From assembly GCA_030390025.1 (NCBI GenBank), contig CM059431.1:130016001-130080000 (forward strand): a stretch of DNA of 64,000 nt. Reading direction: 5' to 3'. Under the pieces are notes generated by a model. It had not been told where the DNA came from, did not search any database, and was given only the letters and a program-made list of their open reading frames with translations. The DNA comes from Squalus acanthias (lineage: Eukaryota). This document shows positions 36,796-49,787 of this stretch, piece after piece (positions within the stretch are counted from its first letter, which is position 1; every line of letters starts with the position of its first letter). Both the position numbers and the translations under genes were made by a program.

Positions 36796-37638
36796 GGAGC
36801 TGACTAAACACTGGTAGTTGGAATATATGTACATGCAATGGCTTTAAAGTTAGGACTGGATTTACAGCCAAAAATACATGAAAGTTGCAGTCTTATACTG
36901 GGTGGCATTTTGAGTTAGCATACGCTGCGCTCCTGGCCTCCGTGATGTAATACACTGCGCACAACTCTGCAGCGCCAAACAGCAAGTCTATGTCTGGGGC
37001 CTCGCACAAGGTAGGTTTGTATTCTTTTCAGAGGTCGACAGTGTACTACGTAGCTATGCCGCCGACCGCAATATTTGGGCCTTTGTGATATATATACTTT
37101 GCCCATCGGTTTGGTCTAAGGTAATGTTGGTTAGTCTCACCCTGCCTGATTTGATCAAGTCTCAAATCTTATGAATTTCAAGTTGGATCTTCTGAGTGAT
37201 GGATACTGCATTCACTCCGAGTGTCAGCTCCCCTCATGTACTCTGTGGTGCTCTTCTGTGATAAGGAAGGGTGCACTTGGAGTACTGAACACATCTCTTC
37301 CTCTATACTTATAGCCACACTGATTCAGTGGCATCCACAAATCTTGAGGTTCACACACAGCTTGCGTAGAATTTTGTGCATGTGCACCAGGAGTCGGTGT
37401 TGACTCAAACATGCATCTCGGCAGATTTACGCACGTGTGCAATAATAGTTTGTGGTATTTTGGGGTCATTTCTAAAAAGTTGCAAAACACTGACATGCTA
37501 ACGGAGCTGCCTAAACACTGGTTGTTGGAATATATGTACATACAATGGCTTTAACCTTAAAACTGGATTTATAGGATTTGAAGCCTAAAATACATGAAAG
37601 TTGCAGTCTTGGACCAGGTAGCACTTTGAGTTAGCATA
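36796..37638. repeat. Pair of diverged ~130-bp direct repeats (36796-36922, 37503-37638)
   Basis: GGAGCTG.CTAAACACTGGT.GTTGGAATATATGTACAT.CAATGGCTTTAA...AATACATGAAAGTTGCAGTCTT...TTTGAGTTAGCATA in both. Confidence 0.85.
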
Positions 37639-38785
37639 TTGTTCTTTGCCCTTTCAGACGTAACAATGAATCCAGCCCAGGTTGATATGAATAGCACCTT
37701 TCCACGATGGCTTCAGAGTTACTATGTAGAAGAAATTTAGGCGGTATCAATTCAATTCCTAAAGGGCACTAGCCTGCAGCACAGAATTACTCCAATTTGG
37801 CAGTGATTGGCCCTACACTAACTACCTTACAGAGGACACAGGATGGCTGATGCATGAAATGGAAAAATCAACACTGGTTTAGTTGAAAATACAGGTTTTT
37901 TAATGTTTAGTAGGGGCCGCAAAAATGACCTAATGTCTTAGCAAACAACTCCAGTTACATTTTTTCAAACAATAATATATTCTTACAGGTTTCAGAAAAA
38001 AATTATAGAAATTAAATCAGACAACATGAAAAAAGACTTAAGCTATTGCTTCAGTTAATAACCAATGATCAAGAGCATATTGCTTGATGATATCTCCCTT
38101 TAAGGGAAATCATTTCCTCATGACTCTCCGAATTCATTTTGTACAGTGCCACTCATTTACAGATTTTTGCAAAACAAATTTCCTGTGGGGAAAATGTGAT
38201 GAGAAAACTGATTTTAATCACCAATTCGTCCAGAGGTCTAATTATCCAGGTATTACCTTATAATACTATATGTATTTCACACCAGCAGACAGCTCTGTAC
38301 AGAGCAGTGACAACAGCTCTGACTGTTAAAATTTTAAATAGGCTTTTAAAATTCATTGTCGCACTCACACATGGTAATATAGAATGTTGAATAACATCTT
38401 GACAGGGTCTATATTGTTGAGCACTCCCAAGATCCAATTTCCAGCAAACTGCAGCTATAAACCTGCTTGCCTCCTGTACAATGAGTTAACAGCAGCAACA
38501 CTCGTGCCCCGATTATAGCTCTTCCTGACAGGCAAGTGGTTGAAATAGCTGTACAGTACTTAGTGCTGTGAAGTCGACATGCTCCCGCTGGCCATCAATT
38601 TAACCAGAGTCGGTCGAGGTGCTTGCCAGACAGACACAGCGGCCTTGTGAATATATTAAAATCATTGTCCAATGACCCAATTAACCCCAACGCCATTTTA
38701 ACTACAAATGACAGAAGTCCCACCCAGTGCCGAACCAACCAGTAAAAGCTGACATGATTGGTCTCTCAGAGCCACTGAAGCAGTA

Positions 38786-40036
38786 TTTTTTTAATTTGTT
38801 CATGGGATGTGGGCGTCGCTGGCAAGGCCAGCATTTATTGCCCATCCCTAATTGCCCTTGAGAAGGTGGTGGTGAGCTGCCTTCTTGAACCGCTGCATTC
38901 CGTGTGCTGAAGGTACTCTCACAATGCTGTTAGGGAGGGAGTTCCAGGATTTTGACCCAGCGACGATGAAGGGATGGCGATATACTTCCAAGTCAGGATG
39001 GAGTGTGACTTGGCGGGGAACTTGGAGGTGGTGGTGTTCCCATGTGTCTGCTGCCCTTGTCCTTCTAGGTGGTAGAGGTCGCTGGTTTGGGAGGTGCTGC
39101 TGAAGAAGCCTTGGCGAGTTGCTGCAGTGCATCCTGTAGATGGTACATACTGCAGACACAGTGTGCCGGTAGTGGAGGGAGTGAATGTTTAAGGTGGTGG
39201 ATGGAGTGCCAATCAAGCAGGCTGCTTTGTCTTGGATGGTGTTGAGCTTCTTGAGTGTTGTTGGAGCTGCACTCATCCAGGCAAGTGGAGAGTATTCCAT
39301 CGCACTCCTGACTTGTGCCTTGTAGATGGTGGAAAGGCTTTGGGGAGTCAGGAGGTGAGACATTCACCACAGAATACCCAGCCTCTGACCTGCTCTTGTT
39401 GCCACAGTATTTATGTGGCTGGTCCAGTTAAGTTTCTGGTCAATGGTGACCTCAGGATATTGATGGTGGGGGATTCAGCGATGGTAATGCCGTTGAATGT
39501 CAAGGGGCGGTGGTTAGACGCTCGCTTGTTGGAGATAGTCATTGCCTGGTACTTGTGTGGTGTGAATATTACCTGCCACTTATCAGCCCAAGCCTGAATG
39601 TTGTCCAGGTCTTGCTGCATGCGGGCATGGACTGCTTCATTATCTGAAGAGTTGCGAATGGAACTGAACACTGTGCAATCATCAGTGAACATTCCCACTT
39701 CTGACCTTATGATGGAGGGAAGGCCATTGATGAAGCAGCTGAAGATGGTTGGGCCTAGGACACTGCCCTGAGGAAATCTTGCAGCGATGTCCTGGGGCTG
39801 AGATGATTGGCCTCCAACAACCATAACCATCTTCCTTTGTGCTAAGTATATCTCCAGTCAGTGGCGAGGTTTCCCCCTGATTCTCATTGACTTCAATTTT
39901 ATTAGGGATTCTTTATGCCACACTCGGTCAAATGCTTCCTTGATGTCAAGGGCAGTCACTCTCACCTCAGCTCTGGAATTCAGCTCCTTTGTCCATGTTT
40001 GGACCAAGGCTGTAATGAGGTCTGGAGCCAAGTGGT
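38786..40036 (-). mobile_element. 5'-truncated copy of the CR1/L2-group LINE seen at 130-2604
   Basis: ORFs 39411-39830 and 38848-39363 homologous to 1590-2555; same 3' end with A-rich tail. Confidence 0.92.
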
Positions 40037-41790
40037 GTCCCAGTGTGGAAGTAACTCACTGAGTGGAGAAGGTTTCTAGGAGTTAGTGCCTTTTTAGTTA
40101 TGTGACCACAGACCATATATTAAAAGGCTTAAAGATGCTACTAAGGTTATCTCTTATTAGAATCAAGAGCAGGAGGTAGATTTATACTTTTCCGTGGGCT
40201 GTAAGTTAGTATGCCTGTTTGTTTCAAAAAGATGTCCAACTACTTATGTGTCATAATGCCACCACCATGCTGCCGTTAAAGTAGTTACAATCCATTCTGA
40301 TTTTAAGTGCCAACAGAAAATATCACATTGTGTTGCTTCCCATGCTACTTTAACAGTCTGTCTCTTCCGTAGCTATGCCATGCAGTAGTGCAGAACTAAA
40401 TAATGCTACAAAGATATTCAGCTGTAGCACTACTGTAATAAAATCTAGGTCTACACCTTAAGTTTCAAAAAATACTTTACATGAACTAAACTTTTTCAAT
40501 TTTTGGATGAAGTGAATCTTATTGCAATATTATAAGCTATTCAAGCATGTTCATATGATAGTTAACTCATAATGGAACAGTGTTAATGACAGCTATTTTC
40601 TAAATTATCCAAAAGAGCATTATTTAAAACCAATTGGCCTCACGACCGCCTGCGATTGAAACTGGTACATCCCTTAGTAAAGGAAGAGGGGGAAAAAATG
40701 GGGGTTTAGTTGTCGAGCGAGGCTCTGTCGGGAACGCAGCCAAACTTGCTGGTGGCACCCGCCTGCCCCTTGCTGCTCGATTCACGGGGATGCTAAACCA
40801 ATAGACCAGTCCCTTACACCGCCGAGCCCGCCTCAGGACCGGCCTCCTGACCAGTCGGCGCTCATGGTGAGCGTAATTGACGGGGGCACCCAGGAAGGAA
40901 ATGTGTAACTGGGGACGTTGTTTGCCCGGGGACACAGTACCACATCCAGGACTGTCCCCAGAAAATGGAGACGTAGGGTCACCCTACCTTTGAGGCTCAC
41001 CATTTTCAATCCATATTAAACTGGGAGCTGAGAATTCAGGCCTCTTTGCAGCCATTACATTTCCCTGATGGCATCAGGTATAAGGTCTTGGTGTCTGACT
41101 GTGGTACAATGAGGCACGGGGGGTGGGGGCGTGCTGGTATTACTTGTCAGATTCATGGTGTCCTGTCATTAGAAAAAAAACTTTAAAAAAATAAATGAAC
41201 GATCGTTAATGGAAAGAAAGCAAACAACAATCTTAGAATTCTCTCTTTAACTATTCTGCATATACAGGATTTCTACTTCATTTCTGAAAGGTTCTGAAAA
41301 CTACATATCAATGCTCACAACTAATGTCATGTGAAGAACTAAGCAGTTGCAGGACAAAGTGATTGTTACTTCTCAGGATACTTCTCAGGATACTCAGGAT
41401 ATAAACTTTCTACAGTATGAATAGGCTGCCTGCTTCAGGTTTACAGTGTTCAGTAGCCTGCTTTATCCTTGCCATTGCCAACTGCAAACACCACATTCAA
41501 AAGGAAAATTTGCTACTTCCCATTTGAACATATACTTGTTTACTTTTCTTTCTTTCTATGTTTTAGTTATCTCCTTTAAAAAATAAAAGAACTTGCATTT
41601 ATATTGCACTTTTCATAACCGCAGGTCATCCCAAAACACATCAACAAAAAATTACTGTTGAAGTACATTGTTGTAATGTAGGGTGTAATATATGTGGGTA
41701 GAACAAATGAAGGACAGAGACAGGTTGAGTCGCTAGTCCATGTGCTTGCTTTACTCGGCCAGAGCGAACTGAGCATGCTCATACCAAACC

Positions 41791-44700
41791 TGAAAGGAGA
41801 CGTCAGCCCCGGAGAGAAGGCAGAGGATAATTCAGAGCAGCTGAAGGCAGTTAATTAGGGAAACTAGATTAAACTGGTTTTCCTGTAGCAGGGCTCAGCC
41901 AACTCCCTTGTTTAAGGGCCTATAAAAACAGGCTTCGCAGTGCGGTTTGAACAGAATGCTGGGAGTTGGGTGAGTTAGGTGAGGAGTGGAAGGAGGAGCT
42001 CCCTTGCTTCGCCTTTGCTTTTCCTAAATTTTCACCCTGTAGGAATTAGTTCTTACTTTACACCCAGGAAAGAGTCCGAGAGCAGAAGCAGTCAAACAAC
42101 AACAACAACTGCAAAACCGCTAAAGTGACGTCACAACCAGGGAAGCAGCTGATTAGTAAGTAGGGCCTGGTGAGTAGTTCTACAGTCCAGTTGTTAAAGT
42201 AGAAGTAAGGTCTCTAGTTTAGAGTAAGTACTGTAGTGTATAAAGTGAATTAAGATCCCTAGTGTATTTAATATTCTTTAAGTTAGAGGAAGTAAAGGGA
42301 GTAAATTAAGGGTAGGACATGGCAGGGCAGCTCGGCAGCATGGAGTGCTCCTCCTGTGCTATGTGGGAAGTCAGGTACACTTTCGGTGTCCAGGGCAAAC
42401 ACATGTGCAGGAAGTGTCTCCAGCTGCAGCTACTCGAAATCTGCATTTCGGATCTGGAGCTGCGGCTGGAGTCACTGTGGAGCATCCGCAAGGCTGAGAT
42501 CTATGTGGATAGCACGTTTAATGAGGTGGTCACACTGCAGGTAAAGAGTGCACAGGCAGAAAGGGAATGGGTGACTGCAAGACAGAGTAAAAGAACTAGG
42601 AAGGTAGTGCAGGAGTCCCCTGGGTCCATCTCCCTCTCCAACAGATTTTCTGTTTTGGATACTGCTGGGGGAGATGGTTTCTCAGGGGAATGCAGCAAGA
42701 GCCAAGTCCGTGGCACTACGAGTGGCTCAGTTGCACAGGAGGGGAGGAAAAAGAGTGGGAGAGCAATAGTGATAGGGGATTCTATCGGAAGGGGAACAGA
42801 TAGACGTTTCTGTGGCCGCAGACGTGACTCCAGGATGGTATGTTGCCTCCCTGGTGCCAGGGTCAAGGATGTCACTGAACGGCTGCAGGGCAGTCTGAAG
42901 GGGGAAGGTGAACAGCCAGAGGTCGTGGTCCATATCGGTACCAACGACATAGGTAGAAAGAGGGATGAGGTCCTGCAAGCAGAATATAGGGAGCTAGGAA
43001 ATAAATTAAAAAGCAGGACCTCAAAGGTAGTAATCTCAGGATTACTCCCAGTGTCACGTGCTAGTGAGAGCAGAAATAGGAGAATAGACCAGATGAATGC
43101 GTGGCTGGAGAGATGGTGTAGGAGGGCGGGATTTAAATTCCTGAGACATTGGGACCGATTCTGGGGAAGGTGGGACCTGTACAAGCTGGACAGGTTACAC
43201 CTCGGCAGATCCGGGACCAATATCCTCACGGGGGTTTGCTAGTGCTGTTGGGAAGGATTTAAACTAGTTTGTCAGGTGGCTGGGAACCTAAGTGTGGGCC
43301 CAGAACGGAGAGCAACAAAAGTGGAAGTGCAAGTTAGAAAAGTAGTCAGCAAAACTAGTAGGGAGCAGAAACAAAGGCCAACAGTAAAGAGGGTCAAAGT
43401 GCAGAAAAATATTAAACAGGCTAAGTTAAAGGCACTTTATCTAAATGCACGTAGCATTCGCAACAAGGTGGATGAATTAATGACACAAATAGAAATAAAT
43501 GGGTATGATGTAATTGCCATTACAGAGACATGGTTGCAGGGTAACCAAAGCTGGGAACTGAATGTTCCAGAGTACTCAACATTTAGGAAGAACAGACAAA
43601 AAGGAAAAGGAGGTGGCGTAGTGCTGTTAATAAGGGAAGAGATCGGTACGGTAGAGATAAAAGATCTTGGCTTGGCAGATCGTGATGTAGAACTGGAATC
43701 GGTTTGGGTGGAGCTAAGAAACAGTGGAAAATGGAATATGAGCACAAACTAGCGAAAAATATAAAAACGGATTGTAAAAGCTTCTATAGGTATGTGAAAA
43801 GGAAAAGACTGGCGAAGGTAAATGTCGGTCCTTTACAGTCAGAGACGGGAGAATTTATAATGGGGAATGAGGAAATGGCGGAGAAATTAAATAAATACTT
43901 ACTTTCTGTCTTCACGGAGGAAGACACAAAAAACCTCCCAGAAGTACGAGAAAACCAAGGGTGTGGCGAGAATGAGGAACTTAAATAAATTATTATTAGT
44001 AAAAATACAGTACTAGCAAAATTAATGTGACTAAAAGTCGATAAATCCCAAGGACCGGATGACCTACATCCTAGGGTTTTGAAAGAGGTGGCCATTGGGA
44101 TAGTGAACGCATTGGTTGTCATCTTCCAAAATTCTACAGATTCTGGAACGGTTCCTGCAGATTGGAGGATAGCAAATGTAAACCCGTTATTTAAGAAAGG
44201 AAGGAGAGAGAAAACGAGGAACTACAGGCCTGTTAGTCTCACATCAGTAGTTGGGAAAATGCTGGAATCTATTATAAAGGATGCAATAACTGGGCACTTA
44301 GAAACTTAATAGTAAGATTGAGCAGAGTCAACATGATTTATGAAAGGGAAATCCTGTTTGACAAACCTATTGGAGTTCTTTGAGGATGTAACTAGTGGAG
44401 TAGACAAAGGGGAACTGGTAGATGTGGTGTATCTGGATTTTCAGAAGGCCTTCGATAAGGTCCCACACAAGAGGTTGGTGAACAAAATTGGGGGTAATAT
44501 ACTAGCATGGATTGAGAACTGGTTAACAGACAGAAAACAAAGAGTAGGGATAAACGGGTCTTTTTCAGGATGGCAGGCTGTGACTAGTGGGGTACCGCAA
44601 GGATCGGTGCTTGGGCCCCAGCTATTCACAATCTATATCAATGATTTGGATGAGGGGACTAAATGTAATATTTCCAAATTTGCTGATGATGCAAAGTTAG

Positions 44701-45607
44701 GTGGCAGTGTCAGTTATGAAGAGGATGTGAAGAGGCTTCAAGGGGATCTCGACAGGCTCAGTGAGTGGGCGAGAACATGGCAGATGGAATATAATGTGGA
44801 TAAATGTGAAGTTATCCACTTTGGTAGAAAAAACAGAAAGGCAGAGTATTTCCTAAATGGTAAAAGATTGGGGAATACAGATGCTCAAAAGGACCTGGGT
44901 GTCCTTGTACATGAGTCACTGAAAGTGAATGTGCAGGTGCAGCAAGCCATTAGGAAGGCAAATGGTATGCTGGCCTTCATTACAAGAGGATTTGAGTACA
45001 GGAATAAAGGAGTCTTACTCCAATTATATAGGGCCTTGGTGAGACCACACCTGGAGTACTGTGTACAATTTTTGGTCTCCTTACCTAAGGAAGGATATAC
45101 TTGCCATAGAGGGAGTGCAACGAAGGTTCACGAGATTGATTCCTGGGATGGCGGGACTGTCGTATGAGAAGAGATTGAGTAAACTAGGCCTGTATTCTCT
45201 TGAATTCAGAAGAATGAGAGGGGATCTCATTGAAGCATACAAAATTATTACAGGGCTTGATAGGGTGGATGCTGGGAGAATGTTTCCCTTGGCTGGGGAG
45301 TCTAGAACCAGGGGCCACAGCCTCAGGATAAAGGGTAGGCATTTCAGGACCGAGATGAGAAGAAATTTCTTCACACAGAGGGTGGTGAATCTTTGGAATT
45401 CTCTACCCCAGAGGGCTGTGGAGGCTCAGTCATTGGGTATATTCAGAACAGAAGTCGATATATTTCTGACTAGTAACGACATCAAGGGATATGGCGATAG
45501 GGCAGGTGAATGGAGTTGAAGCAGAAGATCAGCCATGATCTCATTGAATGGTGGAGCAGGCTCGAAGGGCCGAATGGCCTACTCCTGCTCCTATTTCTTA
45601 TTTTCTT
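41791..45607 (+). mobile_element. Near full-length CR1 LINE with internal ORF2 deletion, inserted in the Gypsy 3' LTR
   Basis: 5' UTR, ORF1, ORF2 pieces 43276-45519, conserved 3' tail; TSD AAACC (41786-41790 / 45608-45612). Confidence 0.95.
42319..43242 (+). CDS. CR1 ORF1p: CxxC..CxxC zinc finger, leucine zipper, SGNH/GDSL esterase domain
   Basis: 307-aa ORF with CSSCAMW..CRKC, VIGDSI, CCLPGARV, HIGTNDI, DRLHL motifs; last few codons probably frameshifted. Confidence 0.85.
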   Translation: MAGQLGSMECSSCAMWEVRYTFGVQGKHMCRKCLQLQLLEICISDLELRLESLWSIRKAEIYVDSTFNEVVTLQVKSAQAEREWVTARQSKRTRKVVQESPGSISLSNRFSVLDTAGGDGFSGECSKSQVRGTTSGSVAQEGRKKSGRAIVIGDSIGRGTDRRFCGRRRDSRMVCCLPGARVKDVTERLQGSLKGEGEQPEVVVHIGTNDIGRKRDEVLQAEYRELGNKLKSRTSKVVISGLLPVSRASESRNRRIDQMNAWLERWCRRAGFKFLRHWDRFWGRWDLYKLDRLHLGRSGTNILTGVC

Positions 45608-45759
45608 AAACCATGTGACACACCATGTAATTAATACATTACACTGCTTTCCGCTTTAAAAAAAAAATGTATGTATTCCCGTCTCAGATACAACAAAACT
45701 ATGGTCCAACCTTTCCCAGCATTGCATGTACCACATAACAAAAACTCCTGGCTATTCTT

Positions 45760-48547
45760 CTTTTAAATCAACTACAAATGCTACAAATGAACGACAAATC
45801 CAGTTTAATAACAGGTTTGCGGAGGTTTCCTGATCTCCTTACAAAAGGTTTTGGTGTTGAACCAATTTTGGGGCTGTTTTGTTCTGGTTCCGAACTCAAA
45901 GAAGCACGTACCACCACTCTGTTTTCCCACTTGATACAACCTTGCTCACAAGACAATTCAGTACGATGGTTATGGAATGGTTTCAACTCTGTGTCCAGAC
46001 ACTGATCAGTCCGTCCATTCAAGGTGTTTTCATACACTTTTCAGGACTGAGTCAATTGCATTGACAGGAAAGTCTTTGTCAACTGCACCTAGCGTGAAAA
46101 TCTCATCTTCACTCTCAACACGAGTCTTCATGTGGCAACCTGGACAAGGCATCTGCGATTGCGTTTTGCTTTGAAGTGCGATATTCAATCGTGTAGTCAT
46201 ATTGTGACAATAACACTGCCCAACGTTGCATTCTTGATGTGGCCATTGCAGGGATGGCAGATTTGGGCCCCAATATTGCTAGGAGCAGTTTGTGATCGGT
46301 TATCAGGGTAAACTTTCTGCCGATCAGGAATTGTTGGAATTTCTTGATTCCAAACACTATGGCGAGTGCTTCCTTTCCAATTTGCGCATAGTTTCTTTCG
46401 CTCTTTGTGAGGGTTCGTGATGCAAGTGCGATTGGTTTCTCTTTGTCATCATCCATTACGTGGCTTATGACAGCTCCCACACCATAGCTAGAAATATCAC
46501 ACTCTAATTTAAGCTCACGCTCTGTGTTGTAGTGCACAAGTAGAGCATCGCTAGGGAGACTTCTCACAAGCGTCGTAAGCTTCCTGTTTCACTGTTGTCC
46601 ACTTGCAGTGGACATCCTTCTTGAGGAGCTCGTGCAGTGGAGCTAACATGGTCACTAACTCAGGTAAGAATCGTGCGTAGTACTGGACCATTCCAAGGAA
46701 AAATCTTAACTCAGACACGTTCTGTGGCTTTAGAGCATTGATGACAGCATCAACCTTTTCCTTAACTGGTTGCAAACCATTTGCATCAACTTTCAGACTA
46801 AGATACACAACCTCAGGCTGCACAAAAGCACATTTGCTCCTTTTCAATTTGACATTGGGGGAATTCAACATTTGAAGCACTAAATCTAACACTTCTAGAT
46901 TTTCTTCTTCGCTGTTTGTTGCGATCAGCGCATTGTCTTGATTGCATAAGCAATTTGGAACTCCTTGCAAAATCTTATCCATCATAGCCTGGAAGATTTT
47001 GCTCATCGTCAACTGCTTGGTTGATAGTAACTTTGTAGTCACCGCACAAGCGTACAGTTTTGTTTGCTTTGGGCACTATCACGATCGGGGTATCCCATTC
47101 ACTTTTGTCAGTATTTACTAGCACTCCATTCTCTCTGTTTCTCTAGCTCTTCCTCTACCTGACTTTTCAACGAATAGGGGACCGGCCTATGCATTGGACT
47201 TGATGCAGATATGTGCGTCATACCCAGTGGTGCCTTCATAACTGTCTGAGAACATGCTTTCATACTTGTTCAGCATTGTGTCGAGTCGCTACTTTGAAGC
47301 ATCTACACTGAAGATGTTTTTCCAGTAGAGTTTTAACTTTCTCAACCAGTCTTTGTCCATGAGGGTTGGCCTGTTGTTGTAGCTTGCTACAATAATGGGC
47401 AGCTTTACTGACTGGCCATTGTGTTGAACTGTACAGTCCATTTGTCAACATGTCTCTAGGATTCCTCCGGAGTAGGTTTTTAACTCTACGGTACTCTTTG
47501 TAAGCGGTATTTTATTAAACTTAGTCTCATATGTGTCATTACTCATGATAGAGCAGTCCGCCGCCATGTCGTTACACATATTGCTCGTTGATCAAAAGTT
47601 TTGTACGGAAGTCTTTCTCACGACTGCTGGTGTGCCCGCTAGTGGCTTAGATACTGTAGATGCCTAGTCTTCAACATCAGGTGTGTTCACTTCAATATTG
47701 TGAATTCCTCCCTTTTGTTGTCGCTGCTTTGCATTGCCACTAGAATGGTTCTTACTTCCTGCTTTCAATCTAGCTCTGCAAGCTGTTGAAATATGGCCTT
47801 GCTTCTGGCAGCGAAAACACTTCACATTTCTGTATTGGCAGGACTGTGGTGAATGATTTCCATTGCAGCGATAACAATTCACTGAACTGCTCTCACTGAC
47901 ATGCTTTTGACTTGGTCTCACAGCTTTAGGTTTGGCAGTGACTTTGTGACTGTAGACCTCAGCTGCACTAGTCACTTGAGTTGGATGGAGCTCCCTAGTA
48001 TTCTTCGACGCCATCTCCATAGATAGGGCAATTTTGCATGCTATGTCAAACGTTGGGTTCGGAGTGTTCAGTAATTTGGACTGTGTGCGCTCATCCATCA
48101 GTCCACACACAAACTTACCTCGCAACGCACAATCCAAGTTACAATGCAAAGACAGGTTTTTAAGATCTACAATGTACTCACTGATTGTTTTACTTTCTTT
48201 TTGGTTTCTGGTATCAAATTTATATCTACTATTTCTAATCGCTTTGGGTCAAAATGGTCCTCGAGTTTCTCGACAATGTCTTCAAACGACACATCCTTCG
48301 CTCTCCCTGGCGCGAATAGGTTTGTCAATGTTCTGTAGACATCTGGCCCGATCTCCATTAGAAAAATTTGTTTTTTTATGTTCACAGATTACTTTATTTT
48401 GAGCTTGAATATTCTCATCCGCACCTTCGGTCTCAATAATGTTATTGGCTTAAAAAACATCTCCGTCTGCTCAATGTAAGAACTGAATGGTTCGCGAGAT
48501 TGGTCATACATGCCAAGGCTTCCGATGAATCCCACAGGCGCGGCCAT
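45760..48547 (-). pseudogene. Gypsy gag-pol remnant (gag with tandem zinc knuckles, RT, RNase H; integrase not seen)
   Basis: MAAPVGFIGSLG start; CYRCNGNH..CFRCQKQGHISTAC; IFQAMMDKILQG, FLGMVQYYARF; YGVGAVISH..YAQIGKEALAIVFG..ADALSRLP. Confidence 0.88.
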
Positions 48548-48879
48548 GATTGTCCCGATCCCGTTGAACAGTGACTCAGCACGCTACCTGTGTACCTGTG
48601 AGAATCAATGCCGCTGTTTCTGTGTATACATACACACGAAGGCGAAGCACAGATGATTCTGCATCAGCATTAACAGTAAAACATTGCAAAAAATTCAGTT
48701 TAGATGCCACAAATTCACCTTAAACTTTTCCACTTGAAGGTTGAACACTGTGTCTTTCCATGATCCCTAAAAATGGTTTTGGGATCCCATTCTCATCGCT
48801 AAAAATGTAATATATGTGGGTAGAACAAATGAAGGACAGAGACAGGATGAGTCGCTAGTCCATGTGCATGCTTTACTAG

Positions 48880-49088
48880 ATTGAGTGGTCGCACAACACC
48901 AGGTTATAGTCCAACAGTTTTATTTGAAATCACAAGCTTTCGGAGCTATCGATTTGCTCCTTCCTCAGGAAGGAGCAAATCGATAGCTCCGAAAGCTTGT
49001 GATTTCAAATAAAACTGTTGGACTATAACCTGGTGTTGTGCGACCTCTCAATTTTGTCCACCCCAGTCCAACACCGGCATCTCCGCAT
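48880..49088. mobile_element. PLE fold-back insertion with 13-bp TSD inside the Gypsy 5' LTR
   Basis: Palindrome 48880-49052 centred on 48966; TSD CATGCTTTACTAG (48867-48879 / 49089-49101); minus strand CTGAGGA-A-GGAGC..GCTCC-GAAAGCTT. Confidence 0.88.
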
Positions 49089-49787
49089 CATGCTTTACTA
49101 GGCCAGAGCAAACTGAGCATGCTCATACCAAACCATGTGATAATACATTACATAGGGGAATGATGCAGCCAATTTGCACACAGCAATTTCCTGGAAACAG
49201 AAATGAGATGAATGATAAGATAATCTTTTTTAGTGATGTTGGTTGAGATATAAATATCGGCCAGGACACCAGAACTTCCGTGCTCTTTAAATTGTCCCAT
49301 GGGATCTTTCACATCCGCCTAAGAGGGCAGAAGGGGCCTCGGTTTAACGTGTCTTCCGAAAAGAGAGCAACTCTGATAGTGTGGCACTCCCTAGTACTGC
49401 ACTGAAGTGTCAGCCTGGATTAAATCTCTGGAGTGGGATTTGAACCCACAACCTTCTCACTTGGAGTACTACCACTGTCCCAAGACTAACATTTAATACA
49501 GTGAAAGTTCCTCTATTTCTATGCTTGTGATGCATTAGTTTATTTTTTCCCTGAAAACTGCTTTCCCTTTTCTAGCTTTCTGTGTTAGCTGTTACTTTGA
49601 CTCTGATAACTTCCGTACAAGAAATAGAACATTTGTACAAAGTTAAACCTTGGTTAGTAGTTTTCTGGATATGAAAAAAATCTAATTCTAAATCCATTGT
49701 GAATGCCAGTTTGAAGCAATGCTTAACATAGGTTGAACATTTAAACTTTTTTTGATGAACATGTCAGTGGCTGGAGTCTTGTCCTCG

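Larger units (their letters stand above)
41684..49152 (-). mobile_element. Gypsy/Ty3 LTR retrotransposon, Mag-like, decayed
   Basis: TG..CA LTRs (41684-41790 + 45613-45643; 48806-48879 + 49102-49152); 5-bp TSD TAGGG (41679-41683 / 49153-49157); degenerate PBS TAGCGATGAG and purine tract next to LTRs. Confidence 0.92.
41586..49491 (-). mobile_element. SacSINE1-like SINE split by the Gypsy element (parts 41586-41683 and 49153-49491)
   Basis: ...TTGTAATGTAGGG | TAGGGGAATGATGCAGCCAATTTG restores the SINE body. Confidence 0.8.

Noticed and set aside
42501..43229. 242-aa antisense ORF and similar antisense ORFs over LINEs (e.g. 23692-24219)
   Set aside because: Shadows of CR1 coding strands with no independent motifs
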